This document shows positions 1-14,400 of a DNA stretch of 64,000 bases, piece after piece (position 1 is the first letter of the stretch; the number at the start of each line of letters is the position of its first letter). Source of the DNA: Isurus oxyrinchus (Eukaryota); the NCBI GenBank assembly GCA_026770705.1, contig JANJGN010000001.1:213218001-213282000 (forward strand). Direction: 5' to 3'. Below the pieces are notes generated by a model that ran no database searches, was not told the origin of the DNA, and was given only the letters and a program-made list of their open reading frames with translations. The translations under genes were made by a program, and so were the position numbers.

Positions 1-1796
1 TGAAATTACTCTTTCTGGGCTTTCCATTTTGATGTTCACATAGACTACAGTAGTTGGGCCAGAATACATATTTATTGTTAATTAATTTTTCCACCCAGTC
101 TGGAGGACAGTTAATATTGTATATAGTCAAAGGGAGTTCTTACCTTAAGGGTTCTGTAAGAAGTTAATAGATGAGAATCAAGAAACATTGACTAAGTGTT
201 TCAGTGTGGTGATAACTGCTGTAATTGATGTGTTTCAGGAAAGGAGAATAACATTTTCATCATGCCATTAGCAAAATAATTGAAAGACAAAAAGGTGCCT
301 TTTTGTTACAAAGAGAAGTCCAAGAAGTGATGAGACTTATACTGATTTATTCTTGTTAAAAAAAAGCAATCAAATACCAATGACGGGCTTCTTGAAAACA
401 GCCATACCAATCAGAGGTTAGCCCACACAACTGAAAAACTCAACTCTCCTAATTTTTCAATTTTAGCGCATCTTTGACTTTAGGGGGTGGCACACAGGCA
501 TACATGAGGAACTGGTTTCGCAGCAGTAATTTGGTTGAAATGGTGTGCCTCGGCAACATTGAACTATATCACTGGCTCCACACCACTCTCAAATGGGGAA
601 GTAGGAGGAAGCAGAACTCTGCAAATACATACTTCAACACTTCTTCTACAGGCTGTCCAAAAACTGCTGAAAGGGCCATGTCTTGTTGATAAATTAGAAA
701 TCAAATTTTTTAAAAAGGCTTTAAGTTGGTTGCAATTATACTGGAAATTGAATGAATTTAGAATTAAATTATCAAATCTCAGATTGGCTTCAGTTTATTG
801 TATATTTTGTAATGCAGTCTTGATATAATTAGCCTGTAATTTTTTTTACCCTTATATTTAACTTTTAGCAAAATGAACATGGGGAGCTGTTATTGTTTGT
901 AATACTGAAATATTTTGCTGTGAGATAATCAAATCCAATAAGAATAATGCAGTCTTGACTACAGTGAACATAATTTCAAACATTGGTAAGATTCTTTTTA
1001 AATATACTATCCATAATTAACAGACAAAAGCAATATTCAATAGTCATTTTTATATAATCATGTCTGAGTAGAGCATTCTCAGAAATGATGCACGATTATT
1101 ACCTAATTAATAAAGGTTTGCATTTTATGAATGAACTGGAAATTAACAAAATTATCTTCATACATGTAACTACATTCAAAGTTTTGCCAGTTTAAGTACA
1201 TTGGTATTGCTAACAATACCTTTAAAACATTTCTCAATATTTAAAAAAAAATTCTTAGTGAACTCAGTTTTCATGTGTTTGAAAAGAGGACTTATTCTTG
1301 CTCCATTTTACCTTTATAATGCTTTACAATTATAGTTAAACAAAATTATGTTAAATCATTTTATTGGTATAATTGGCCCATCATTGGTTAAGCCATCATG
1401 TTGATCATGAAATACAACTCTGAAAGTTATAACAGTTCAATTCAGATTTATCAGGTGCAGCAACGGTCAGAGAAAGTTATTTAAAATTCTAGAAGCCTTG
1501 GTTATTTAGAGAAACTCAGCCATTTTTGAACTGTCATGTCCCATAAACACAATTGGTGGAACTTTCAACTTTGGCAAGCATGTAAAATAAATGATACTAA
1601 ATTGGAAATGGAAATTAGAGGGGAGCATAACATGCAACCAATCCAACATCACCATCTTACACCCCAGCTGAAATCAAAAGTTGTTTATTATTTTGAATTC
1701 TAAAAACCAACAAGACTAATGTTTGTTTGAACCCTGTTAACAAGAGGCTAGTAAAAACTGCAGCATAGTGACATCATTGACATAAATCTACACCTG

Positions 1797-1905
1797 GAGC
1801 AGATCTGATGGCTTAATTGGCAAAGACGCAACCTGATATTTACTGAGTCATTCAAATCAAGAATATCTCAAATTCAATCTCTGATCTGTGCAAAGCTAAT
1901 CTCAA
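1797..1905 (+). mobile_element. Degenerate tRNA-derived SINE head
   Basis: GATGGCTTAATTGG A-box-like start and TGATCTGTGC..GCTAATCTC. Resembles the reverse complement of 7190-7292. Confidence 0.35.
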
Positions 1906-4900
1906 ACAGCATTTGGCTGAGGCATCAGAAAGCTGCCGGTGCCCATAGTACCATGGTAACCCAGGAAAAGCCACTATTGATTTCAAGACATGAGGGATAA
2001 AAAGAAAACCAAAACGTGCACTCAGAGTAAACCTTTATCCATCTGGATAATGGTTAGAAACTACAATAAATATATAAGTTAATGGATAAAATTTTGTATT
2101 TGTTCCCTGGACTTAACCTTTGCTTAAATTTGGTTGAGTTCATTTAGTGATTGCATAACACAGTTCTCTATAAATTATTAAACTTTGAATGCTTCCTGAA
2201 TGCAAAGGTATACAATGAGTAACTTTTCAAATCCACAGAGAAGTATATTTGTGTCTATGGCACCAAAATATGAGGATTTAAATTTCCAGAGTTCACAGTG
2301 AACAGACGCTCTCTCGAGATACTCAACCCACAGCTTTCAAAACTTATTTCATAGGCCCAGCTGCCATTAGTGTTCTAAAGATGTACAATTTCCCCCATTT
2401 TGGCATCTTGCTCTTGAACTCTGCAGCATGGGTTACTGAAAAGCCTGCGCTGGTGCTTGAGCCCAAAGTTAGGAATAGATTGCACCTAATGTAGTAATGC
2501 TATGGCCTAAAGTTGAAAGAATTTGTGCATAGGGTTGCTCTTGTCTAAAAACATGGGAACATTTTAGAATTGTATGGATAGTCCACGAAAATTGGTCACA
2601 TGATTATCTGGGTGCCTTTATCTTCTCCTTATCACCGAAAGACTGAATCAAGGCATATAGTTATTTCATTTTCATCAATAAAATGTTAAACCATTTTGAA
2701 AATTATTTTCCATATTTTGTCTAAATGGGAAGCATTGTGATGATTAGACAGAATCCTAAGTGAGTACTTGATCTAATAAACTGGAGGCCATGCAGGTTCT
2801 AACCCAACACATCCAAATCCTTGTATGGCAAGCTTGACCAAACAATGGGCTTTGATTTTTGAAAATTTGGCAGATATCATAGAAAGTATCCTATTGTTAA
2901 ATTAATAGAAATTTAGGAGCAACTCTCAAGTATAGCGTTGGGTCCAAGAAACCTTTACAAAGAAATAAATAGGATGCCAAATCTGTGACATAAAGCTAAA
3001 GGTTTTTGAAAAGAATTACATGTTGGGAAACTGTTCTTACACTTATCCATTGTGTTGACATAAACATTTCCATTAAAAATTTGTTCTGCAGGGGATATTA
3101 ATGTGCTAAATTACACCATAACAGACTCTATCAAAACACTGGCAGTGACTTGTCACCTGACAGAATTTCAAAAAGCATTTTTAGATCAATTAAATGTTTA
3201 ATTGTATTTAATATATTTAAGATTCTTTTCGATATTCCATAATATCAAATAATAAAAGTAATGATTTTGAAAAGAATTGAATATCCTGGGAATGTAATAA
3301 ACTAAAATGTCATTGTGGGACATAACAAGAATTCATGATTCATGTCCAGAAGCAAAAATCGTGACATCAAACAGCAGTAGCGTCAATATACACAGCTTTT
3401 GATGTCACAATTGAACTTAATCTAAGTCCCAAAAGATTTGGTAAACCACTTATTAATTAACTTTTTGACATAACCTGCCATTCCTGGCATTGTACTTGTT
3501 TTTAGATTTAATATTACTCATAAAATTTAAACAAATTAAAGCTTACTATTAAATTAATGGATCTCCTAAGAACCAGAACCAGTGGAACCAGTGAGATGAT
3601 GCTGAGGTCCACAGTGACCTACAGTTAGCCGTCTATTTTCACAAAGTTGTTATGAGCCAGGTTTCTAAAACTTTTCAGAAATACTAAAAGCTAGTTTGTA
3701 AACTTATATTGACTTATGATTAAATAATCTACACCTTATTAGTCCCATTATATCATCTGCAAATAAGTGTAATTATCTTCTGAAAATACTTTTGAGTACA
3801 AGGCAAGTTTTTGTAGTATTTGTAAAGGAAAAAAACTATTTCAGGTTAGCAGAATTGGAGATTAGAAGATAAGGGGCAAGGAACAAAACCAAAAGGAGCC
3901 ATTAGAATAGACCAAAGTCAAGAGTCAGATACGCTAACTACTATCACCAAGATGCACAAAATGAGTTTGTATGCTCTTTCCTGGGACACCCATCACTTTT
4001 TCACCTTTTCCAAGATTTTAAAGTATTTGTTGACTGGCTGATAAGCCCACTTATTGTCCCTTTGTGATACTAGTTAGACACCTGGCCGTCAACTTGTCCT
4101 GTCGCACTTCCCTCTCAAATTTATTTGTTCACTCCAATTAAGTGGCTTGTTTCTCTCCCTGCTTCCAGTTTGATGGAAGGGCTGCACCTCTAATGCTAAC
4201 CTATCAGATGTTGAAGCACATTTTCAGCATTTTTGTTCAAAGTTTGGAATTTCCAGAGCTTTTCTCTTTTAACCTTGCAGAAATTTCTTTAAATATAAAA
4301 TTAATAAAAATTGCCAATTTCTACCACTCTGAAGATTGCAATAATATTTCCAAATAAAATATAAAAACTAAATAAATGTTTATCTGAGGAACTCCTTAAA
4401 TATGCTCATTGATTCTGTTCATTTGAATATTTCTTCTATATAACATTTAGCATTAGACGTTTACAAAATATCAGTGTTTGGAGATTTCATAAATGAATAC
4501 ATTCAGAAGCTTTTTGAAAGGTGAGAAACAATCCTCAAAGGAGACACTGTTTGCTACAGAAACAGTTCTTCTCAGGGATTGGTCACAACATCAGCATTTG
4601 TTACACTTTGAAACACCTTGAAAACTTCCTTGCCTACTGTCAGTCACAAAGATCTCTTTGAGAGGTAGCAGTGACCCTATTAAAAATTTGGCTCCTGCTA
4701 GTCAGGTCTACAGATCATCCACCTTTCAGGTTTTTACCGTGCTGTACCAGCATCAGTTTCTACTTATTTGACCTTCCAAACAACAGTGGGAAACTGCTTG
4801 CCTGAAGCTATCAGAATGACCCACCTGAGAATCATTACACTATTTTAATTAAAACTAAGCTGTAGTTATACTTCAGACTATTTTATTTAAAATTTATATA

Positions 4901-5789
4901 GAAAATATCTATTCTAGTACAACTGCCTAAAGGCATTCTTAACCCACTGCATCTATTTTCCTTTGGCTGTATTCAGTAGTCATAATTATGAAGGTGATAT
5001 CTATGCACAGTACTATTGTGGAGCTGGAGAATAATGTTTTAAGGATTCCTATTGTATTAATAATGTACTCAAAGTAGGTTTACTGTGGTCAACGGTCCAC
5101 CAAAAATAAGTAGCTGCTCAATAAGCATTAAATTAAGGATTTATCTTTTTCAAATTTTTTTCTGTTCTCACTTAAAGTTTCCATTTTTCAGTATAGCTGT
5201 TGGAACTTAAATCAGTTTTTGACATATTAAAAAATCTGTTGAATTGTATCATGTGTCTGTGCTGCTCATAAAAAAATCTGTCAATCATTACAGTGTGTAC
5301 CAGGAACCACAGGAACATTGCAATGCGCAGGACTGCTCATATTACACAGAATATCTAACGGAAGTGACCTTTACTCAGGGTAAAGTAAAACGAAAGGAGA
5401 CGTTAGTTGAAACTAAGAAACAAAGCTGACTAAGTTATACCCCTTTATGGTCTATCAAGCCAGTCCAAAAACTATTATTCAATTCCTCCTCACCTCTCAA
5501 TCACTTTCTTTGCCAAATAAAACCAGTTTCTTCTTCAATTAATAATACTTTCGTCCTCCATTGTCTCTGGGAATTCTGTACCACATATTCACCACCAGCT
5601 GCAACAAGTAATTAAGTCTGAATTTGAGTTCATGTTGTCTTTGCTGCAATGCTTATGGTTATGTTAGACATGCTATGAGCATTCAACTTGCCAAATCACT
5701 GTTAGTGATATTAATGAACGATGATTTAACATGCTACCTTGGCATTTTCCTGTCCACTATTTTAATGAATATATTAACCCGTTTAACAT

Positions 5790-6057
5790 AAACGAGCTGA
5801 GGCAAAATTTTTTTCACTCAGACGGTCGTGAGTCTTTGGAACTCTCTTCCTGAAAAGGTGGTGGAAGCAAAGTCTTTGAATATTTTTAAGGCAGAGGTGG
5901 ATCGATTCTTGGTAAGCAAAGGGGTGATAGGTTATCGGGGATAGGTGGGATGCAGAATTCAGTTTACCGTCAGATCTGCCATGATCTTATTAAATGGTGG
6001 AACAGGCTAGAGGGGCTGAACAGCCTACTCCTGCTCCTTGTTCGTATGTTTGTATGT
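5790..6057 (+). mobile_element. CR1-clade LINE 3' end
   Basis: TTCACTCAGACGGTCGTGAGTCTTTGGAACTCT..GAGGGGCTGAACAGCCTACTCCTGCTCC followed by a TTCGTATG-like tail. The same 3' end recurs at 21.2, 45.2 and 54.5 kb. Confidence 0.8.
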
Positions 6058-7189
6058 TAATACCTCTGTTCAAATAACACTGAGTAGAGCATATGAACTA
6101 TTAATATAACCTATTCTATGCACCATAGCCTTTAGAATCTTCAACACCTTGATAAAATCTCCAGTTTCTGTTGCCTCTCCTTAAAGCCCAGGTTTTTTTT
6201 AATCTAAGGCATCAATTGCCCTTCACTGCATCCTCTATAATGGTAAGTGAAGTTGTACAAACTATTCCAGATGAAGTTAGTTGCAGAATTTGTGCATATA
6301 TGTTATCACTTCCAAGGACTTAGTGTTCTATTCTTTGGCTATATATTCTAAAGTTCTGTTTCCTTTCTTTACTGTTGCCACAAACTATGTCAATTATTTT
6401 TAGGTAGCTAACTGCAAGTAGCACTGGATCCCTCTCCTACATTGTGCAAAATAATGCCATCTGGCTCATAATCCTGCTATACCTTGTTTCCCTTCCTCAG
6501 TCTTATCACTCTGCATTTGTACACAGTAAACAACACCACCAGATCAATTTGTTAATATATCCAAAACCCTTAATTATTTTCACTTTCATTTACAACCCCA
6601 GTCTGGCATTATCAGGAAACTTTGTTTATAATAATCAATTAACTGTTCCTCCTTTTGTTTTGCATTGGCCTGGGTTGTTTTAGGCTTTTTGTGATCTTTT
6701 GATCAGAGCTAAGTATTTTATGGAAACTTCTGTTTTAGGAGGAAATAAGCAGTCACAAGAAAACCAGATTAATTGGGGGAAGATTTCCTTTATTCCTTAT
6801 TTGTAGTGACATAAATTTTATTCACACAATTATGATTTTGCTACAAATGACAAACACCGGAAATCATCACTGATAACTTAGAAGTGGAGTGAAACTTGTG
6901 GATGTGGCCTCCAGTCAATATTTCCCCCTAACTTTTCTCCACCATTTCCTCTCCACTCCTGAAGGCTGTCTTCCTGGAAAAAAAAAGTTTAATGGCTTCT
7001 AGCCTCTCCCTGGTGCCTATTACTTATATAAGGTTAGCAGTTAGTGCTCTATTATAGAAGACATTGGGGATGTATTATAGCCAAGCCTGATTCAGCCTTC
7101 ACCTCTTATCTAGCAGGGATACTAAGCTACTAGGTTAATTGTGGGAAACTGGCTAATGTGGTGCTCATTTTGACACTCTTGACTGCCAC

Positions 7190-7292
7190 CCTGGTTGAGA
7201 TCAACTAATTCAGCACAGATCAAGATCAAACTGGGATCTTCCTGGCTAGTATGGTTTTGTGCTAGATTTATCCATTGATCCACCAGGAGAGC
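7190..7292 (-). mobile_element. Degenerate tRNA-derived SINE head
   Basis: Minus strand CTCTCCTGGTGGATCAATGG..CCAGGAAGATCCCAGTTTGATC..TCTGTGCTGAATTAGTTGATCTC. Confidence 0.4.
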
Positions 7293-8499
7293 ATCAGGAT
7301 AGTGCTTAATCCTCAGTTTAGAAAATACAGTTCTGTTCGTTTGGGTGAGACAGGGAACAAAAACAGCTTTGATATGATAATTTGGAATTCAATTGCATAT
7401 GGCACCAAATCATAACAACTGCAACTCAAAAGTAGACCTGTCACCCCGTGAATTGGCCAGTTTGTTTTAATTTTCTGTTTCATTCTAAAATGGCACTTGT
7501 AAAATTGCTAAAGAAGGTTTTGTTTATTTCACGCCACTGATCATGCGCAAAGAGACAAGTGTGTCTTGAGAATCATGCTCTTTATCCCACATTGTTGTTT
7601 CTATGGAGAAACAAAATTCCTGGATGCTCAGCAAAGTATCGTGCTATCCCCATTAGATCATCCCCTGAATCTGACCCCCAGCTGCTTTAATGACATTACC
7701 AAATAAGAGAAATAGAAGTCTGAAATTAAAGTAGAAAACATCAGAAAACAGTAGCAAATGAAAGTTATGAAGGATAAAGAAAATGTGCAAATGGTATTGA
7801 CACAGGAAGAAGTAGTTATTGCAAATTTATGTTTAGTATCAAAGAAACTCTTCTCCTGGTCAGGTAGAATATCAGAGGTACAGTCTAGGAGTCTGCCCCA
7901 TCATCTAGACTCATTCATGAAGAATGACATTTGGACATCCTGGAAGATAACGGTGCCACAGCATTCATCAGCATCTTTAGTGAAAGGAAAAAAACCGCAA
8001 AAAAAATGAAGGAAAGTACATGTGTCTTAAACTGGCAAGAATAAAAAAAAAAGTACAATATTGAGCTTGTTTGAGATCAAGGCACAGAAAACCATACCTA
8101 GTCGGGACACAATGGGTATAATTTTTACCCACTCCATTAGGTGGGAAATGCACAGGATTGAGTGAAATGTCAGTTGCACACCCTGTCCATATTATTCTTC
8201 ATTAACTGCAATGATGAGTAAATCAGGCTGTGTGTAAAACTACCATTGTACCTGATGCCATCAGTTTCCCTATAGGCAGGTGAGATGAAAGTTGCCCCCA
8301 ATGTGTTTTCCAAAGAGATTGAAAAATAGCCATCACAGCAACCTTTGAAAATGTTGAATCAGTTATTCTTGTAAACATTAGAGCTGTAGAACACTGGCAT
8401 TCTCAGCAACTGTCACATGTTGTTTACTGAAGCCCTATAGAATTGGATTTAAGCAAAAGGTAAAAAAAAACTAATCCTTGTATGCATTAGTCAATAATA

Positions 8500-11400
8500 A
8501 TTAACTCCCTTTCACTCAGTATTGATTAATACACAAACAACCTTTGCATCAACTCACATCTCCTCTTATGTTCATCATTCCTTTAAAATTATAAAGAAAA
8601 CAAAACAAACCTTTTGATTTAAAAGCATTTAGTGAGATTTGAAACAGCAGCCTTGTCCCAAATTAAATTTTAAAAAAAGTATCAGAAATGCATTTTTTAT
8701 ACACTGAGTAATTCTTTTGTCCTATGGAAGAACACAAATAGATTTCTGGAAGAGAAAAAAAAAAAGCATACAAATGAACAAACATCTGTTGACTGTCTCT
8801 CCTCTGGTCCAAACTTATGTACCCATCCTCATCCTTGGCAAATAAATAACAAAACAAAATCACCTCTCTCTTGATCATATCAACCAAGAGTTCTAGTTAT
8901 AAACATCCACACATCAGAAATTCTACCTTATAACTGAATTAATTCTGTTTGGGTATTTTCTTGATCTGGAAAATGTGTATTCTCATTATATCCAACTGTT
9001 GAAAGCCATTGTAATTGGCTGTAGTGTGATTTGAAGGACCCTATTAGTTTTGTAAGGGTTTTGATTCTTTGTTTATGCTAAGTCTTACTTTTGACTTTTT
9101 TTTAAATTGACACATCAGCCCATCCCAATCGCTGTGTGCCAACTTTTCCAGTGTAATCAATTCAACTGCGTTTGCTTTCACAGTTCAATATATACACAAC
9201 TGTTCCACAATGTCTAACAAATAACAGGCTCTCATGCATAAATAAAGTCTATTTTAAAAAAGAAAAAAATCTATTTTCTTAAATTAAAAAATATTACTCT
9301 CAATAATCACAATGCATCACCTTTGCTAAATTTATACAGCCTCATGCATAAAATTATAGCACTGGCAGTTGCTAATTTTTAACACTACATTTTTAACACA
9401 TAACACTTAGTCAATAAGTCTATGTAGGACAATGTGGAAATAAACGCATTTTAAACACATACATACACACACAAAGAAAAAAAACAACAGATTATTTCTT
9501 TAGAATATGAAAACTGTAAACTTTGGGCTCGTTCTGCAACTTCCCCAAATTCCATGAAACATTTACAATCCTTCCATAAGCGCACCTGTCACCTATTACA
9601 AAAATCACAACTTAAAACGTATAAAGCTTTTTTTTATATCATAGTCACAGTTACCAAAAAACGAGTGAATAATTTATTACATATGCTATAATAACATCAC
9701 CCTAGACACTATTATCTATGAGGTATATCTGAGAAAATTCGGTAAGGAATGCACGGTCTGCGTTGCCAACCTACTCAATCAGTTTTTTTTAAAGCTTTGG
9801 TATCTTAAAGAGAAAGAGAAGATAGAGATTGAGATAGAGAGAAAACTTTGGTATCTTTGTTTAGTTCTTTGCATGGTTGCATTGCAAAGCACCACAGTGT
9901 AGCGGCTCACCAGCAATAAAAAACTGGTGGCCTTTTCGAAGCTGAGGTATTCACAGGAATAAAAAAATGCACAGAGGTCTAGAAACTGGAAAGAAACACC
10001 GCTTTGGTTCAAGCAAGGCACTCGTCCCGTGGTTTATCACACTTTGCAACTAAAGCGTGCATCTAGATTTTAGTTTTTCTTTTGAGTACAGGTATTTGGT
10101 AATGGTGGTGACTGATTCAGGATGTGTATTTGTTTATTGTTTTTCTGTACGTTCATAAATTCAATATGATGTGGACATGTTGCAGCTAGCAAAGACCTAA
10201 AGTATCAGACAATCTAGGCACTGGTTTGGTTTGATATTATCTTAGTACATACAGTATAAGTTCAATTGAATGCAAATTAATCTTTCCAGCATGGGAGGGT
10301 CTCTTCTCTGCTGAATATCAGTAAAAATTATAACATTATGTAGCAGAATTTTTATTCTCCCTCCAGTGCTGCAAAAGTAATCTGATTAACTAAAGTTTGC
10401 AAGAGTTATACGAGTAGATTGAAAGAAATTTTAATACCTGAAAATCTTGTGTTGTTTGTCATGAAGTAAATTTGAATTACCTATTAGTATAATTGTAATT
10501 ATTGGTGCAGGAGGTTTTATATAAGTAGAGGGAGAATAGTGCTACTTAGAATAGCAAGCAAAGCACAAGTGTTTTAATTAAGCCAAAGTTCCTCTATAGA
10601 TTATAAAGAGCTGCTGGAAGATTCACTCTATGCTGTGGTATTGGGTTCAGTATAGAAGTTTTTTTATATTTATTTCAGGGTTTTTTCCCCTGCTGAAATT
10701 TGGGATTATTATCATGTTAATAATAAATCCTTAAAAGGATGTTGCACATGAATAGAGACAGGACACAGACAGTGCTAGATGAACAAAGAGAATCTGAGTG
10801 ACATCATAGCAGCTGAATTTGTCGCATTTACAAACCCACCTTGATACTATATGAGAATAATTACAGGCCCTAGTTTGAGTTAAGAATTATTACCTTTATG
10901 TGTTTCCTGGGTTTGTTTTGGAAGATTTACTCATTTTGATTTAGAAAGTACAGAATTCGGTAAAACAGCATTTCCATAGAGAGAAATATAAATTATTTTA
11001 CATAAATTCCAATCAAAACTGCTGCATACTTTGCATCTACATTTATAATAAACACAATACAGCAAAGTGCTGGTGACATTAGCTTTTTTTGAAAAAATAT
11101 TGACGGTAAGTACAAGAATTACTGTTTACTGATACATTGAATGGACATGTTATATTTGGTCTCTTGATGATGGATTCTAATGAGGAAATTATCTTTTTAC
11201 AGCACAGAAAAAACACACATTCAGAATGAGTACAAACCACCATTTAGATCTTTGGGGTATCTGAGTTGCAGCTGTATTTAAGAGACACTCTATACTTGAG
11301 CAGGAGCAAAACGCAGGCCGTGCAGAGAAAGAAATCTTTGGTATCTTTGGTATCATCGACGCGATTAAAATTACAAATGGAAAAATTCAGTGAGGTAGCC

Positions 11401-14400
11401 TCTTTGGTTCTCACTAGAAATAGAAAGAGCTTTTACACATAGTTCATACCTGGAAGCAGCGAGTTCAGGGTTTTTTTTTCTGTCTCTTGTCACTAACGCT
11501 AAAGACTTCTCCGCAATCGAAAGAAGCTATCTAAAGCCATTTGGACACAGGGCTAAACAATGGTGGAAAGATCATTAAAGTATTTTTTGTTGTGTATTCA
11601 CGTTCCCATCAGTACATGCTGTATGGTTCCATCTAAAATCATTGCTCATCCATGTTATTAATAATAAGACTGAAGGGATATCTTTCAGTGCTTATAGTGG
11701 GATAATTCTTTGGCATTGAAATTGAGAATAAAAGTTGCAGTGCTCAAAGGCGCTAAAATCTAAAAATCGATAATGAAAACATTTTGGGATATTGGCTCAG
11801 GTAGTTTTTGCACAAAAAGTATAATGTGTAACTATAACAGGATGCTTATTAATAGAATTTTGAAAATCTAAATCTTTTCTATCAATTTTACAGAATACAG
11901 AATTGGAGTTGTATTACATGTGAATCAATGCATGTGCAATTTTACTCCCAATGGTAATTTGCATTTTTTCTAATAAAATACAAAAAATGTTAAAAGAATT
12001 AACCTTTGCTACTTTATTTTTAAAAAAGCAGACAATATGATTAAAAGCCTTCTGAAGCACTGCACCTTTCATTTTAAATACGTTTGTAGTATTTGATAAA
12101 TAAGAGAAAAATCACCATTTAAATATATACTTCACAATAAATAGCAAGAATAATACAAATAATAATAAAGCTGATGAAGCTTTTTGGTTTCTAAACTACA
12201 GTCAAAAGCACTTTAAAAATTACTCACTTGTTTAGAAATCAACTTTTGTTAATTAAATCACTTAGACGGCCTATGGGTATTGTGACTAGCAATGAAAACA
12301 TTACTGTCAATTGTCTGAACTTGTTACCTCAATACGGCATATTTCTAATAGCTGAGTTGGTAAAAAAAACAATAATGGCCACACAGGGAAAGTACTGTCA
12401 TTCTCTCTGCGGGGTCAACCTTCAGTTTGCTGGTCCGATCAGTTTGGTTTCTTTGGATATAGCTTTGTTTAAGGATAAAAGCTTCCACATGCCTGGATAA
12501 AGCTACTGAACTACAGTATGCCAATACTGCACTGTCTTCTTGTTGCAAAATTATCGTAGACTCCTGATATTCTTCAAAGTTGAACTCGTCTTGGACGTGC
12601 GCATGGACTCCATGCACAAGACGCTGAGCTAAATGTCTATCAATGAATAAGAAACTCATAGGATATTTAGGTTAAAATACAATTGATGTATTATCTGTTG
12701 TAGTCATTTACTAAATTCATCAACAAACATAACCAGGGGGTTCTTTTGTGCTTAAGATGAAGTGTGAACTTTTTAAAATCTGAGGATCAATTGAATCTAA
12801 AGCTTTAAAATAAATAATTATCATGTAAACATTTCAAAGTAAAAATTATAAATATTAAACTAGATAAACAACACAAGTCAAATAATTTGGAATATATTAA
12901 TATTGTATGAAATGCATTAATTTACAAGAGATTAAATCATCAAAATTATAAATTAAAGCTATATTTCACTTAAATTATCCAAATTGATACTTGAGTAGAA
13001 CCATTAGCTAATGTTGAATACTTGCTAAATATATATGGCTGAGATTAGATGTCACGGTAAAGTTTAGTAACTAATGTAATGCAAAATTCAGTTTAAAAAA
13101 AAAACCCTCCCATATTTAATTACCTTTACTGAGATATGGGAATGGGTCACTATCTTTGGTAGAGGTGTTTAATCTTCACCTTTACATCTTGTGCTTGGAG
13201 TCATTTGGATCCATTGGTTGGTATCCTGTTCCATTGAAATTGCTAATTAGGAGGAACTTGTGAAAGCGAGTGGGTACTTCCCTCTCTCAATAAGACGAAC
13301 ATTGAAAGACAGGCCTATTGTGCGAACAGCACTCAACTGTAATGCATAAAAACTACAAACAGATCCATGTCTCTGTGAAGCTGACTTTGGTTGAAGCGGA
13401 AGAGGTTTTCTGTTGTTCTGTACAACGTTTCTGAAAAACTGCATAGGCACACGTTAAAGACAATATTCAACTTTAAGAGGCGGCGAGTGTCATTAAATGA
13501 AGCAGCAATGATCTGTGGCATTGCTCCCTTGTTGTTGCTATTTTTCTTGTTAACCCTTTCGTAACTCTGCTTCCCAAAACGACTAAGACAACCATTGAAA
13601 CACAGTGCGTACGTTGTTTCCTGACGTGCTTCTTTTGTTTAAAAGTTTGTTGCAGAACAATTAGGTGCAGAAAAAAGTTTCTTTGGTTTCGATTTAATAA
13701 TAAATAGAAAAGAAAAGTATCAAGTGTCTTCACGAGAGTCTTTAAAGCCTTTGGCTTGCCTTTGAACACATCAATGGTGTTCTTAAAGGGCCCGTTCAGT
13801 GGTGAATGTGCACATGTTGGAAGAAGGGGTAATGATGTCGAGTTTTAGGAAAAATAAAGCTATTTAATGTTTGTGCTTCCGCACTCACCATGGACAGCCC
13901 CCTTTACACGGGCTACTCAGTGCGTTTGCAGTAGTAAACCAGAGTCGGACAAAAATAGAATATAAGTATAGAATAGAATGGATGCATAGTAATCTACAGC
14001 TATAAAGACAAACAATATTTACTTTTCCTGCAGCAAACAGCTGCCTTCACAACCTAATGGCCCTGATATCTTCTGAAAACAAAATGAAAGCAGACCACAT
14101 GATTGGGTATACAAAATCTCAGGAATTTGATGATTAGAAGGAATGTGCTTGAAGATTGTGCTTGCATTCCCACCACTAACAGCTCCGCCCAATGGGGGAA
14201 TATAGCAATGAGGGCACATTTACCAGCATCATTCAAGATTCATGTTGTGTTGTGGGAATGGCGGACTGAAAGTCTCCGAAAATGACTTTGATATTTTGTG
14301 CTTGCATACTTACCACTAACAGCCCATTCTTAAACAGCCTGGTTAGTGATGAGATAGCATGATTGTACAAATGTTCTCCAATAATTCTATTGAGGCTCCT

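Noticed and set aside
11335-11410. Possible miR-9 gene on the plus strand
   Set aside because: Only 8-11 nt match mature miR-9 and no precursor hairpin is evident. Better explained as target sites on the minus-strand mRNA.
13881-13901. RE1-like CACCATGGACAGC
   Set aside because: The left half lacks TCAG, and the sequence belongs to the four-copy UTR module whose other copies lack GGACAG.
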